Source: Candidatus Nomurabacteria bacterium (GTDB lineage Bacteria > Patescibacteriota > Minisyncoccia > Phycocordibacterales > UBA9973). From it: a stretch of DNA of 35,205 nt. The translations under genes were made by a program, and so were the position numbers. Where the stretch lies: contig CALQZZ010000001.1 in NCBI GenBank assembly GCA_943350065.1, positions 1-35,205 on the forward strand, in the 5' to 3' direction. The notes under the pieces were generated by a model. The model had not been told where the DNA came from, searched no databases, and saw nothing but the letters and a program-made list of their open reading frames with translations. Shown in pieces: positions 7,099-16,062 of this stretch. Position 1 is the first letter of the stretch. Every line of letters starts with the position of its first letter.

Positions 7099-7190
7099 TT
7101 CCTCCTCCCCTTCGCTAAGGGGAGGAATGAGGAGGGGTGCTGAATTCTACACCCCCACCCAACCTCCCCCTTGGCAAAGGGGGAGGAGAA
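7099..7190. repeat. GC-rich palindromic doublet (two inverted half-elements)
   Basis: CCTCCCCTT/AAGGGGAGG...GAGGGGTG-spacer-CACCCCC...CCTCCCCCTT/AAGGGGGAGG-AGAA. Confidence 0.85.
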
Positions 7191-7233
7191 TACCATCTTG
7201 CAAAAGTTCTGAGCTTATGCTAGTATATAAAAC

Positions 7234-7497
7234 ATGTTAGCAACAAAGAAAAAACAAGCAGTTATAAAGAAACACCAAAAGCACGAGAAAGACACTGGTT
7301 CTTCTCAAGTGCAAGTGGCTATTTTATCTACACAAATAGACGAACTAGCAAAACACTTAAAGAAGCACAAGAAAGATAATCACTCTCGCCGTGGACTTAT
7401 CAAAATGGTAGCAGACCGCAGAACACATCTGAAATACTTAATGAGAAAAGACAAAGCTGCTTACGATGAGATAATGAAGAAAATGGAATTAGCATAA
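7234..7497 (+). CDS. rpsO: 30S ribosomal protein S15
   Basis: DTGSSQVQVAILS, HKKDNHSRRGL and RRTHLKYL motifs; lies upstream of pnp. Confidence 0.98.
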   Translation: MLATKKKQAVIKKHQKHEKDTGSSQVQVAILSTQIDELAKHLKKHKKDNHSRRGLIKMVADRRTHLKYLMRKDKAAYDEIMKKMELA

Positions 7498-7498
7498 A

Positions 7499-7532
7499 AA
7501 ACAAAAATCCTCTTTCAAGAGGATTTTTGTTT
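7499..7532 (+). terminator. Intrinsic terminator after rpsO
   Basis: AAACAAAAATCCTCT-TTCA-AGAGGATTTTTGTTT. Confidence 0.8.
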
Positions 7533-7539
7533 AGGGATT

Positions 7540-7636
7540 CCCCCCCCTCCTTAATAAGGAGAGGATTGAGGTGAGGTTCTTAATTCAATGCACCTCATCC
7601 CGACCTTCTCCTTGTAAAGGAGAAGGGGAATAAAAT
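7540..7636. repeat. GC-rich palindromic doublet, near-identical to 34101-34196
   Basis: 7547-7636 matches 34107-34196 at 87 of 90 positions by manual alignment. Confidence 0.9.
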
Positions 7637-7660
7637 TAAAAAAGTAGTATAATAAATAAT

Positions 7661-8176
7661 ATGAGTATAATAAAACATAAAGAACAACGCGTCGCAGTTT
7701 TCATAGATACACAAAATGTCTATCATAGTGCACGCAACCTATATCACGCTCGCGTGAACTTCGGAAATATTTTGAAGGACGTAGTCGCAGGACGCAAACT
7801 CGTGCGTGCTGTAGCATACGTCATCACGACTGAAGCAGGGGACGAAAATAAATTTTTCGAAGCATTAAATAAAATCGGAATCGAAACTAAAACAAAAGAT
7901 TTACAAATCTTTGCTGGAGGTGCGAAGAAAGCTGACTGGGATGTCGGCCTTGCTATGGATGTGATCAAAATGGCACCAAAACTCGATGCTGTCGTCATCG
8001 TCTCTGGTGATGGAGATTTTATTCCACTCGTAGAATATTTACAAACTATCGGTGTGCAAGTCGAAGTCGCTTCATTCGGCAAATCAACTTCTGGAAAACT
8101 CCGCGAAGCTGTCGACGAATTTTTCGACCTATCCGAAAATCCTAGAAAGTATTTGATTGGAGGAAATAATAAATAA
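7661..8176 (+). CDS. NYN domain protein (LabA/DUF88, PIN-like)
   Basis: VAVFIDTQN, KADWDVGLAMD, VSGDGDFIPLV and LREAVDEF motifs. Confidence 0.93.
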   Translation: MSIIKHKEQRVAVFIDTQNVYHSARNLYHARVNFGNILKDVVAGRKLVRAVAYVITTEAGDENKFFEALNKIGIETKTKDLQIFAGGAKKADWDVGLAMDVIKMAPKLDAVVIVSGDGDFIPLVEYLQTIGVQVEVASFGKSTSGKLREAVDEFFDLSENPRKYLIGGNNK

Positions 8177-8181
8177 AAAAG

Positions 8182-8219
8182 AAACAAAAAATCCTGACTA
8201 GCCTCAGGATTTTTTGTTT
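8182..8219 (+). terminator. Intrinsic terminator
   Basis: AAACAAAAAATCCTGA...TCAGGATTTTTTGTTT. Confidence 0.8.
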
Positions 8220-8246
8220 GACAAAATGTGTTTAAATTGTTAATCT
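8218..8246 (+). promoter_or_regulatory. Sigma70 promoter for the 8305 gene
   Basis: TTGACA-N17-TAATCT. Confidence 0.65.
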
Positions 8247-8304
8247 AAATTCAGAAATTTGAAATAATGTTTAACAAATAAACCCGTTAAGAGCGGAGAA
8301 AAAA

Positions 8305-8601
8305 ATGAGAACAAGAGTTATTGCAGTAGATTTTAAAAAATTAGATGAAGAAAAACATGCCTTCGAAAAAACTTTTGAAGATGCTATGCCCAATGTTGAT
8401 GTTTTTACTAAAACGGGCGATAAAATTATTGCTCTTAAAATTTTAGAAACAGATTATGGAATAGCATCTGTTTCAGTAGATTTTGAAAATAGTATTACAA
8501 CATACAACTGTATTATTGAAATAGATGATTCAAAACGTAAATCATTTTTAGAAAAAGGTTGGTCCGAACATATTTGGAAACCAGCAAAAATCGTTTTATA
8601 A
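8305..8601 (+). CDS. Hypothetical protein (98 aa)
   Basis: ORF with its own promoter and a downstream hairpin (AACAATACAGC/GCTGTATTGTT plus T-run). Confidence 0.75.
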   Translation: MRTRVIAVDFKKLDEEKHAFEKTFEDAMPNVDVFTKTGDKIIALKILETDYGIASVSVDFENSITTYNCIIEIDDSKRKSFLEKGWSEHIWKPAKIVL

Positions 8602-8709
8602 ATATAATTAACATTAACAATACAGCTCAGCTGTATTGTTTTTTTATTTCCAAATTTTTACTTTTTAACCCCAAAATGCTAGTATAATCAGTATATTTAA
8701 CAGTTAATC

Positions 8710-8807
8710 AGTTTGTCTTCAGACACACAGTAGTGTACATCAAGAATGTGGAACATCTTGTTATCACGTTTCACAGATGGAACAATACTCTAGTTTGGAG
8801 ATAAACT
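8710..8807 (+). promoter_or_regulatory. Structured pnp leader (candidate cis-regulatory RNA)
   Basis: 15-bp helix AGTTTGTCTTCAGAC/GTTTGGAGATAAACT with G.U pairs enclosing three small hairpins, downstream of a TGcTAGTAT/TATAAT box near 8680. Confidence 0.6.
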
Positions 8808-8818
8808 AAACTTTTTCT

Positions 8819-8861
8819 TTCCCTCTCTAAATCTACATTTGGGGAGGGTCAGGGAGGGGTA
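8819..8861. repeat. GC-rich palindromic half-element
   Basis: CCCTCTCTAAAT..ATTTGGGGAGGG-TCAGGGAGGGGT, same family as 6061-6111. Confidence 0.75.
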
Positions 8862-8869
8862 AATAAAAT

Positions 8870-11023
8870 ATGCAAAAAAAAGAGTATGAAGTAGAAATCG
8901 GTGGAAAAATTATGACCGCTATTTTTTCAGATCTAGCTGACCAAGCACATGGTTCAGTGATGTTGAAATACGGCGAGACTATAGTATTAGCGACAGCTTG
9001 TATGAGTAAAGACAAGCAAGCAGGTTTAGGATTTTTTAATCTCACAGTTGATTACGCAGAAAAATTTTATGCAACTGGAAAAATTCTCGGTTCACAATAT
9101 GTCCGCCGTGAAGGTAAACCATCAAACGAAGCGATCCTCGCATCTCGTGTGATCGACAGAACCATCCGTCCACTCTTCGACCAAAATCTTCGCCACGCAG
9201 TGCAAGTGATAGTGACTGTTATTGCTTGTGATGATAATGATCCAGCGATGCTCGCAGTGAATGCTGCATCACTCGCACTCGTCGTTTCAAATATTCCATG
9301 GAAGGGACCGATTGGTTGTGTGAGAATTGGAAAGTATGATGATGATAATTTAGTAGTGAATGCTTCAACTACAAAAAGACAAGAAGAGTATCCATACAAA
9401 TTTGACCTTACTGTTTGTGGAAGAGAGGGAACAATAAATATGATCGAAGCTGCCGCAAGACAAGCAAAAGAAGAAGAGCTAACAATCGCATTAGAAACAG
9501 CAAGTAAAGAAATCACAAAATTAGAAGATTTCCAAAAGAAGATCCAAGCAGAAATTGGAAAAACAAAAAGAGAAATAATTCACGACAAAATCAGTGAAGA
9601 ATCTGTCACATTGTTTAAAGAAAATATTTTACCAAAAATGGAAGCTGCTATTTTCGCAGGAGCAGGAAAAGCAAAGATTGATGAATTGCATTCTATTTGG
9701 AACGAACTCGTAAAAGAAAAATATCGCCAAGAAATAAAACAGGGTGATAGAAAAGATTTCCAACTCGAAGATGATATTTTCGACGAAACAGAAAACGATA
9801 TGCTCCACGAAAAAGCTATCAAAGAAAATCGTCGTGCTGATGGTCGCGCGATGGATGAAGTTAGACAACTCTATGCACAAGCCGGAGGTCTTTCAAAAAT
9901 TCTACATGGCTCAGGAATTTTTTATCGTGGAGGAACACATGTACTCTCTGCACTCACACTCGGTGGTCCAGATGACAAACAAGAAGTAAACGGAATGGAT
10001 TTACAAACTTCACGCAGATTTATGCATCACTATAATTTTCCTCCATTCTCTGCAGGAGAACCAGGAAGAAGTGGTTTCACAAATCGTCGTGAAGTCGGAC
10101 ACGGAGCACTCGCTGAAAAAGCATTGCTCATGGTTCTACCAGAAAAAGAAATTTTTCCTTACACTATTCGTATCGTTTCTGAATCAACTGCATCAAACGG
10201 TTCAACTTCACAAGCAAGTATTTGTGCATCGACTCTCGCACTGATGGATGCTGGTGTTCCAATCAAAGCCCCTGTCGCAGGAATCGCGATGGGACTAATG
10301 TATGAAAATGATAATGCATATAAAATTTTGACAGACATCCAAGGTCCAGAAGATCATCACGGTGATATGGATTTCAAAGTCGCAGGAACACGTGAAGGAA
10401 TCACAGCAATCCAACTCGATGTAAAAGTTGATGGTGTGCCAATAAAGATTTTAAGTGAAGCAATGGCGCAAAGTAAAAAAGCTCGCCTCACAATCCTCGA
10501 TACTATTGAAAAAGAAATCTCAAAGCCTCGTGATCATATTTCTCCAAATGCTCCAGAAATTTTGATAATTAAAATCAGACCAGATCAAATCGGTGGAGTC
10601 ATCGGTTCTGGTGGAAAAATAATTAAAGATATTAAAGAGAGAAGTGGTGCCGAAGTCACTATCGAAGACGATGGAACAGTATACTTCACAGGCCGTGACG
10701 GCTCTGCAGGTAAAGCAAAACAAATCGTTGAAGAAATGACACATCAATACGCTGTCGGAGATATGATAAATGGGGAAGTAGTAAAGATTGCAGACTTTGG
10801 TGCATTCGTCAGACTAAATGATTTTACAGATGGAATGGTTCACATTTCTGAAATCGCACCTTTCCGTGTTAACGCTGTAGCTGAATTGATTAAAGAAGGA
10901 ATGATCGTACCAGTAAAAGTTATCGGTATCGATGCACAAAGAGGGAAAATCAGTCTATCTATCAAAGAAGCAAATCCTACTTTCTTCCAACCAAAACTAC
11001 CACCGCAAACACCTCAAGCATAA
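8870..11023 (+). CDS. pnp: Polyribonucleotide nucleotidyltransferase (PNPase)
   Basis: Two RNase PH domains (LTVDYAEK, RRADGR, HYNFPPFS, RREVGHGALAEKAL, EDHHGDMDFKVAGT), plus KH and S1 domains. Confidence 0.98.
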   Translation: MQKKEYEVEIGGKIMTAIFSDLADQAHGSVMLKYGETIVLATACMSKDKQAGLGFFNLTVDYAEKFYATGKILGSQYVRREGKPSNEAILASRVIDRTIRPLFDQNLRHAVQVIVTVIACDDNDPAMLAVNAASLALVVSNIPWKGPIGCVRIGKYDDDNLVVNASTTKRQEEYPYKFDLTVCGREGTINMIEAAARQAKEEELTIALETASKEITKLEDFQKKIQAEIGKTKREIIHDKISEESVTLFKENILPKMEAAIFAGAGKAKIDELHSIWNELVKEKYRQEIKQGDRKDFQLEDDIFDETENDMLHEKAIKENRRADGRAMDEVRQLYAQAGGLSKILHGSGIFYRGGTHVLSALTLGGPDDKQEVNGMDLQTSRRFMHHYNFPPFSAGEPGRSGFTNRREVGHGALAEKALLMVLPEKEIFPYTIRIVSESTASNGSTSQASICASTLALMDAGVPIKAPVAGIAMGLMYENDNAYKILTDIQGPEDHHGDMDFKVAGTREGITAIQLDVKVDGVPIKILSEAMAQSKKARLTILDTIEKEISKPRDHISPNAPEILIIKIRPDQIGGVIGSGGKIIKDIKERSGAEVTIEDDGTVYFTGRDGSAGKAKQIVEEMTHQYAVGDMINGEVVKIADFGAFVRLNDFTDGMVHISEIAPFRVNAVAELIKEGMIVPVKVIGIDAQRGKISLSIKEANPTFFQPKLPPQTPQA

Positions 11024-11024
11024 T

Positions 11025-11066
11025 AAAATAAAAAATCCTCACCTAGTGTGAGGATTTTTTATTTTT
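11025..11066 (+). terminator. Intrinsic terminator after pnp
   Basis: AAAATAAAAAATCCTCAC...GTGAGGATTTTTTATTTT. Confidence 0.8.
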
Positions 11067-11082
11067 GCTATACTTATCAGAT

Positions 11083-11976
11083 ATGGAAGGGAATGAATTA
11101 AATACTCCAAAACCAATTGAAATAAAAGAAGAACCAATCCTCACAAAAAAAGGAATGGTGCAGACATATGCCGAAGATATGGCAAAAGCTGCAGAAAGTA
11201 TTCAAGGAATAGAACTAAAGAAACTCATCGAGCGTGATGAGCAATTTGGTGAGCAAAAAGAAAACTTTTCTCCTGAATCAAAGAAGAATAAGATTTTGAT
11301 GATTATTTCTACTGTCTTAATGATTGCTACTGTGGCACTGGTTTTTTTAGTATATAAAAATACTAATAAAATAGTTAGCGTACCAATAACACAACAAAAC
11401 AAATCTATAATCTTTACAGACAAGACTCAATTTTTACCAATTGATACACTTTCCAAAGACCAAATAATTCAAACCATAAAAAATGAAGTTCTAAACACTG
11501 ATGTAAAAAACAACGGAGTAGAAGCTATCTATTTAACAGAAAATAATAAAGTTATTGGTTTTAATAGATTTGTTAGTCTATTACAAATGAATGTACCGTC
11601 AGAAATTTCAAGTTATACGGATGACAATTTTCTGATTGGTGCATACAGTGGAACAACAAAATCATTTTTTATTTTATTAAAAGTTAATTCTTTCACTGAT
11701 ATTTTCCCTGGTTTTAAAATCTGGGAAAATCAAATATTTAACGATTTGCATAGCCTTTTTGGTATTGAAATAAATCCTGACACAAAAGACTTATTGACTA
11801 CAAGTTTCACTGATAATATTGTAAACAATAAAAATGCTCGAACACTAACAGATAAAAATGGAAAAACAATTTTAGAATATGTTTATGTAACTGAAACCTC
11901 TGTCGTTATCATAGGAAATGATGAGACGGCTATTGAAATAATGCTTAGATTGTCTACTGGACAAGTAGGAAAGTAG
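11083..11976 (+). CDS. Hypothetical single-pass membrane protein
   Basis: One TM helix (ILMIISTVLMIATVALVFLVY). The start is moved to ATG 11083, which lies 8 nt after TGcTATACT. Confidence 0.85.
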   Translation: MEGNELNTPKPIEIKEEPILTKKGMVQTYAEDMAKAAESIQGIELKKLIERDEQFGEQKENFSPESKKNKILMIISTVLMIATVALVFLVYKNTNKIVSVPITQQNKSIIFTDKTQFLPIDTLSKDQIIQTIKNEVLNTDVKNNGVEAIYLTENNKVIGFNRFVSLLQMNVPSEISSYTDDNFLIGAYSGTTKSFFILLKVNSFTDIFPGFKIWENQIFNDLHSLFGIEINPDTKDLLTTSFTDNIVNNKNARTLTDKNGKTILEYVYVTETSVVIIGNDETAIEIMLRLSTGQVGK

Positions 11977-12065
11977 AATGCTATTATTTAGGTACTTGTC
12001 CCGTAGTAAATTTTTGATTACGGGTATATAAGAAGATTATTAATTAATAAAATTTTACTACTGGG

Positions 12066-12425
12066 ATGCCATTAAACAAACAAAAAATTAAAGAAGATTT
12101 AGAAAAAGAAAGAGATGTCTTAGTAGGCCAAATGGGTGACATGGGAAAAATGAATCCCGAGACAGGTGAATGGGAAGCTCAACCAGAAGCACAAGACTTT
12201 CCTGAAGCAGATTCCAATGATCAAGCCGACCGTTTCGAAGAATATGAAAGTCGTAGTTCAATGATAAAAGATCTAGGAAATCGATTAAAAAATATTTTAT
12301 TTTCAATTAAAAATATCAACAAAGTTTCATTTGGAAAATGTACTGTTTGCGGAAAAGAAATAGAATTAGCTAGAATGAAAGCCAATCCCGCCGCCACAAC
12401 TTGTAAAAAACATTTAGAGAATTAA
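12066..12425 (+). CDS. DksA/TraR C4-type zinc-finger protein
   Basis: Coiled coil with acidic tip (EADSNDQAD) and FGKCTVCGKEIELARMKANPAATTCKKH (CxxC...CxxH). Confidence 0.9.
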   Translation: MPLNKQKIKEDLEKERDVLVGQMGDMGKMNPETGEWEAQPEAQDFPEADSNDQADRFEEYESRSSMIKDLGNRLKNILFSIKNINKVSFGKCTVCGKEIELARMKANPAATTCKKHLEN

Positions 12426-12456
12426 GAAATATTAAAAGATAAAATAGAAAAGAAAA

Positions 12457-12481
12457 AAGAGCGACCTTCGGTCGCTCTTTT
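12457..12481. terminator. Bidirectional terminator with a UUCG loop
   Basis: AAAGAGCGACC-TTC-GGTCGCTCTTT, readable as a C(UUCG)G tetraloop, between convergent genes. Confidence 0.85.
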
Positions 12482-12484
12482 GAT

Positions 12485-12772
12485 TTAATACCAATATTCT
12501 ATATTGCACGTAGCTGTTCCCGAAGAATGTTCTACAAAAGAAACAATTCTAATATAGCTATATTGTCTTTTTTCTTGTTTTTTTTTCTTGAGCACTTCTT
12601 TTTCTGTCATATAACGTACTATGAACATATCTTTTGTTCCTGTACCTGGTTTGTATTTATAGAAAAAATATAGCTCCCGTAAAGCCATAAAAATTACAAT
12701 CAATATTCCTATTGACATTATTATTGTTCCAACTTCAGTAAATAGAACAATTTTATTTTCTAATGCATTCAT
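12485..12772 (-). CDS. Small hypothetical membrane protein
   Basis: N-terminal TM helix; upstream ATGACA-N17-TATAAT on the minus strand (12846-12818). Confidence 0.65.
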   Translation of the reverse strand: MNALENKIVLFTEVGTIIMSIGILIVIFMALRELYFFYKYKPGTGTKDMFIVRYMTEKEVLKKKKQEKRQYSYIRIVSFVEHSSGTATCNIEYWY

Positions 12773-12888
12773 TTTTATTTAATTTTTAAAGTTCAAGCCA
12801 AAATTGACTCTGGGTATATTATATGCTATAAATACAGTATTGTCATTAAGTCGTCGACAACCGACAATCCATATGCTAGAATGGTTTT

Positions 12889-13650
12889 ATGGAATTAGAA
12901 ACAATCTTATCTCTGATAGGTGTATCTGGAAGCCCACAACGGGTGCTTTTGGAGTTAATGACGAATGGTCCACAAACTGCGTCTTTTCTAGCCAAAAAGC
13001 TCTCTTTACCTCGCCCGAGCGTATATGATGCACTTCACATACTCGAAGAAAAAGGATTTGTCGTGTCTCAAGACGAAAATGGAAAAAGTATTTTTTCTGC
13101 GAAACATCCAGAGACTATTTTGCAAATTATTGATAATTCAAAAGAAAAATTGGAAAAGGCAAAAACAGATTTTTCTTTACTTATTCCAAACCTTTTAAAC
13201 TCTCCAAAAATTACCGAACCAAAAATTGAAATGTTTTCAGGAAAAGAAGGGTGTCAGCAAACAATGAGAGATATTCTTTGGTACAAAAACATCGAAACAT
13301 ATACACTTTGGCCAATGGATAAAATGATTGATGTTTTAACTCCAGAGTTTCTCGAGTGGCATAACAAAAAAAGAGTTGAGAATAATATTAGTGTAAAATC
13401 TACCCGCAAAGCGTCTGATAAAGACATAAGCGATACATATCCATTTCTAGGAATTCGTCACGAAGATTTAAGAGAAGTAAAACTTCTTTCAAAAGGAGTA
13501 GAGCTCTCTATGTCGTATTGGATCTATGCAAACAATGTAGCTTTTGTCTCAACTGAAAAAGAATTGTATGGATTTATTGTTCATAGTAAAGAATTTGCAG
13601 ACATGATGAAGTTTAATTTCGACCTGATATGGGGAATTTCGAAAAACTAA
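12889..13650 (+). CDS. TrmB-family transcriptional regulator
   Basis: Winged HTH (LAKKLSLPRPSVYDALHILEEKGFV), 'PKIEMFSGKEG' and a C-terminal 'IYANNVAFVS...GFIVHS..FADMMK..FD.IW' segment. Confidence 0.9.
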   Translation: MELETILSLIGVSGSPQRVLLELMTNGPQTASFLAKKLSLPRPSVYDALHILEEKGFVVSQDENGKSIFSAKHPETILQIIDNSKEKLEKAKTDFSLLIPNLLNSPKITEPKIEMFSGKEGCQQTMRDILWYKNIETYTLWPMDKMIDVLTPEFLEWHNKKRVENNISVKSTRKASDKDISDTYPFLGIRHEDLREVKLLSKGVELSMSYWIYANNVAFVSTEKELYGFIVHSKEFADMMKFNFDLIWGISKN

Positions 13651-13654
13651 CTTT

Positions 13655-14412
13655 TTATAAAAATACACAGGGTTCCCCTGTGTATTTTTATAACTCTTTC
13701 TTATAATTTAACCAATCATCAATCATGGCTTTAAAGTAGTTATCTTCTGTTTTGTATTCCTTTTTATATTCCGGAAAAAATTTAGGACTTGTAATTAAAA
13801 AGTCTTTTTTAAGGTGTTCTCCTATACTTGAATATTTATAACTCAAAACAAAATCTTTTAAAGAATTAAAGTCTTTCGGACCGCTTTCTTTCCATTTTTT
13901 ATCTTTTAATTTAGCTGGATTTAAATGTATATAAGAATATAAATATCTCATATACACATCGTCATCTACATATTCTGACTTAAATACTCCCTGAAAAAGA
14001 GCACCACTTCTTTTATTTTTATTATTAAAATACATAGAATAGGCAGTCTGTAGTTTTAACATAAATTTAGAAATACCATCTTTTGTTAATGGGGTAATAA
14101 GTAAATGAAAATGATTTGGCATTAAACAATAAGCTCCGATAGCTACAATTGGATCTTTATTTTTTTCTTGTAAAAGCTCATTAAAGGAATTTCCTTTTAA
14201 TAAGTCTCTGATTTTTAGATTCTGTTTAGTGTTTAAAATATGCATCAACAAAACAAATCTATTGTAATCATAGGTATTAGTAAAAATAATTCTTTTATCT
14301 ACACCACGATTGTAGACATGGTAGTAATGATCTTCAATTAATTTATGTCGTCTTTCCATTTAATTATTGTATCATGAGCAAATAGAAATACACAGGGGAA
14401 CCCTGTGTATTT
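13655..14412. mobile_element. RAYT/Y1-transposase module bounded by inverted palindromes
   Basis: AAATACACAGGGTTCCCCTGTGTATTT (13661-13687) and its exact reverse complement (14386-14412) flank the transposase gene. Confidence 0.85.
13688..14359 (-). CDS. REP-associated tyrosine transposase (Y1_Tnp, IS200-like HUH)
   Basis: YYHVYNRG, AYCLMPNHFHLL (HUH), GALFQG and YIHLNP (catalytic Tyr). Confidence 0.93.
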   Translation of the reverse strand: MERRHKLIEDHYYHVYNRGVDKRIIFTNTYDYNRFVLLMHILNTKQNLKIRDLLKGNSFNELLQEKNKDPIVAIGAYCLMPNHFHLLITPLTKDGISKFMLKLQTAYSMYFNNKNKRSGALFQGVFKSEYVDDDVYMRYLYSYIHLNPAKLKDKKWKESGPKDFNSLKDFVLSYKYSSIGEHLKKDFLITSPKFFPEYKKEYKTEDNYFKAMIDDWLNYKKEL

Positions 14413-14447
14413 GTTGATAAAAATAACTGACTTGCTATAATTTATAT

Positions 14448-16025
14448 ATGAGTTTTGCAAAAGTTTATTCTGCGCAAATTAATTTACTCACCGGCACGAT
14501 TGTCACAATAGAGACAGACCTCTCTCGAGGTTTAAATGCTTTTACAATTGTCGGGTTACCTGACAAAGCTGTAGATGAAGCGCGCGACCGAGTAGGGAGC
14601 GCGCTTAAAAATTCTGGTTACGAATCTCCAAAAAGTAAAAATCAAAAAACTGTAGTGTCACTAGCACCAGCTGATTTGAAAAAAGAAGGACCATATTTTG
14701 ACCTCGGTATTGCTGTCGCATATTTACTAGCGACAAATGAAATAAAATTCAAATCAGAAAACAAAATTTTCTTAGGTGAGCTATCACTAAATGGAGATTT
14801 AAAAAGTATTCGTGGAGTTTTACCACTCGTCCAAGAAGCAAAAAAGCAAGGATTTGAAGAAATTTATTTACCATCAGAAAATGCGCTAGAGGCAGCACTC
14901 GTCGAAGGAATAAAAATTTTTGGTGCTGATACTTTAAAACAAGTTATTGAACATATAGACCAGACACCCCATCGTCTTGATAATAATCAAGACACTTCCC
15001 CTTCGCAGGGGAAGAAAAATACTATTCCTCTCCAACCAAAAACAGAAATAGTTTTTGAAAAAGTTATTACTAATGCAGACTTTTCAGATATTCGCGGACA
15101 AGAGGGTGCAAAGAGAGGATTGGAAATTGCTGCCGCGGGTGGACACAACATAGCTATGTCTGGCCCACCCGGCACAGGAAAGACAATGCTCGCGCGAGCC
15201 TTTAGTGGATTGCTTCCTGATCTCAGTATCGACGAAGTTTTAGAAATTACCGGAATACATTCTATTGTCGGTGCGAACGGCGGTGAGCTAGTAAAAAATC
15301 CACCCTTCCGTGCCCCGCATCACACTTCATCTTATGTCTCACTTATTGGAGGAGGAACTTTCCCAAAACCAGGTGAAGTTACTCTCGCACATCGTGGAGT
15401 TTTATTTCTCGATGAATTTCCAGAATTTGATAAGAGAGTGATGGAGTCTTTACGCCAACCACTCGAAGACAATATCGTCACAATCTCTCGTGCAAAAGGC
15501 ACAGCAGTTTTTCCATCCAATTTTATTTTAGTCGCGGCTATGAATCCTTGCCCATGTGGAAACCAAGGAAATAAACAAAAAGCTTGTATCTGTAAACAAA
15601 ATGATTTGGATAGATACAAGAGAAAACTTTCAGGACCGATAATGGACCGTATAGATTTATGGATCACTGTCAGCAATATTGATTACAAAAAACTTGGAGA
15701 AGTAGGTGATGGAGAAAAAAGTAATACTATTCGTGAAAGAGTAGAAAGTGCTAGAAAAATTCAAAAAGAAAGATTTCAAAAAGCTGGCAGAAAAATAAAT
15801 TCAAATAGTGAAATGAATGTAAAAGATTTAACATTACTTATTAAACTAACAGACGAAGTTCGTAATTTACTAGAAGAAAGTTCTGAACGATTAGCTCTTT
15901 CAGCTCGTGCTTATCATCGTGTCATAAAAATAGCCCGCACGATTGCGGACTTGGAAAATTCTATTGAAATTGAGAAGCATCACATCCTCGAAGCAATACA
16001 GTATAGACCAAAAGTACAAAATTAA
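14448..16025 (+). CDS. comM: YifB/ComM family Mg-chelatase-like AAA+ ATPase
   Basis: IVGLPDKAV, LAPADLKKEG, GPPGTGKTML, FRAPHH, LFLDEFPEF, AAMNPCPCG and LSARAYHRVIKIARTIADL. Confidence 0.95.
   Translation: MSFAKVYSAQINLLTGTIVTIETDLSRGLNAFTIVGLPDKAVDEARDRVGSALKNSGYESPKSKNQKTVVSLAPADLKKEGPYFDLGIAVAYLLATNEIKFKSENKIFLGELSLNGDLKSIRGVLPLVQEAKKQGFEEIYLPSENALEAALVEGIKIFGADTLKQVIEHIDQTPHRLDNNQDTSPSQGKKNTIPLQPKTEIVFEKVITNADFSDIRGQEGAKRGLEIAAAGGHNIAMSGPPGTGKTMLARAFSGLLPDLSIDEVLEITGIHSIVGANGGELVKNPPFRAPHHTSSYVSLIGGGTFPKPGEVTLAHRGVLFLDEFPEFDKRVMESLRQPLEDNIVTISRAKGTAVFPSNFILVAAMNPCPCGNQGNKQKACICKQNDLDRYKRKLSGPIMDRIDLWITVSNIDYKKLGEVGDGEKSNTIRERVESARKIQKERFQKAGRKINSNSEMNVKDLTLLIKLTDEVRNLLEESSERLALSARAYHRVIKIARTIADLENSIEIEKHHILEAIQYRPKVQN
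14966..15016. repeat. Palindromic mini-element in frame within comM
   Basis: ACCCCATC-GTCTTGAT/ATCAAGAC-AC-TTCCCCT/AGGGGAA-GAA, encoding TPHRLDNNQDTSPSQGKK. Confidence 0.75.
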
Positions 16026-16027
16026 AT

Positions 16028-16062
16028 AAAAAAAATCTTTACAAAACTGTAAAGATTTTTTT
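16028..16062. terminator. Bidirectional terminator
   Basis: AAAAAAAATCTTTACA-AAAC-TGTAAAGATTTTTTTT between convergent genes. Confidence 0.8.

Noticed and set aside
7008..7196. 62-aa ORF MVFSSPFAKGEVGWG...
   Set aside because: It is a translation of the palindromic repeat and overlaps the recombinase start.
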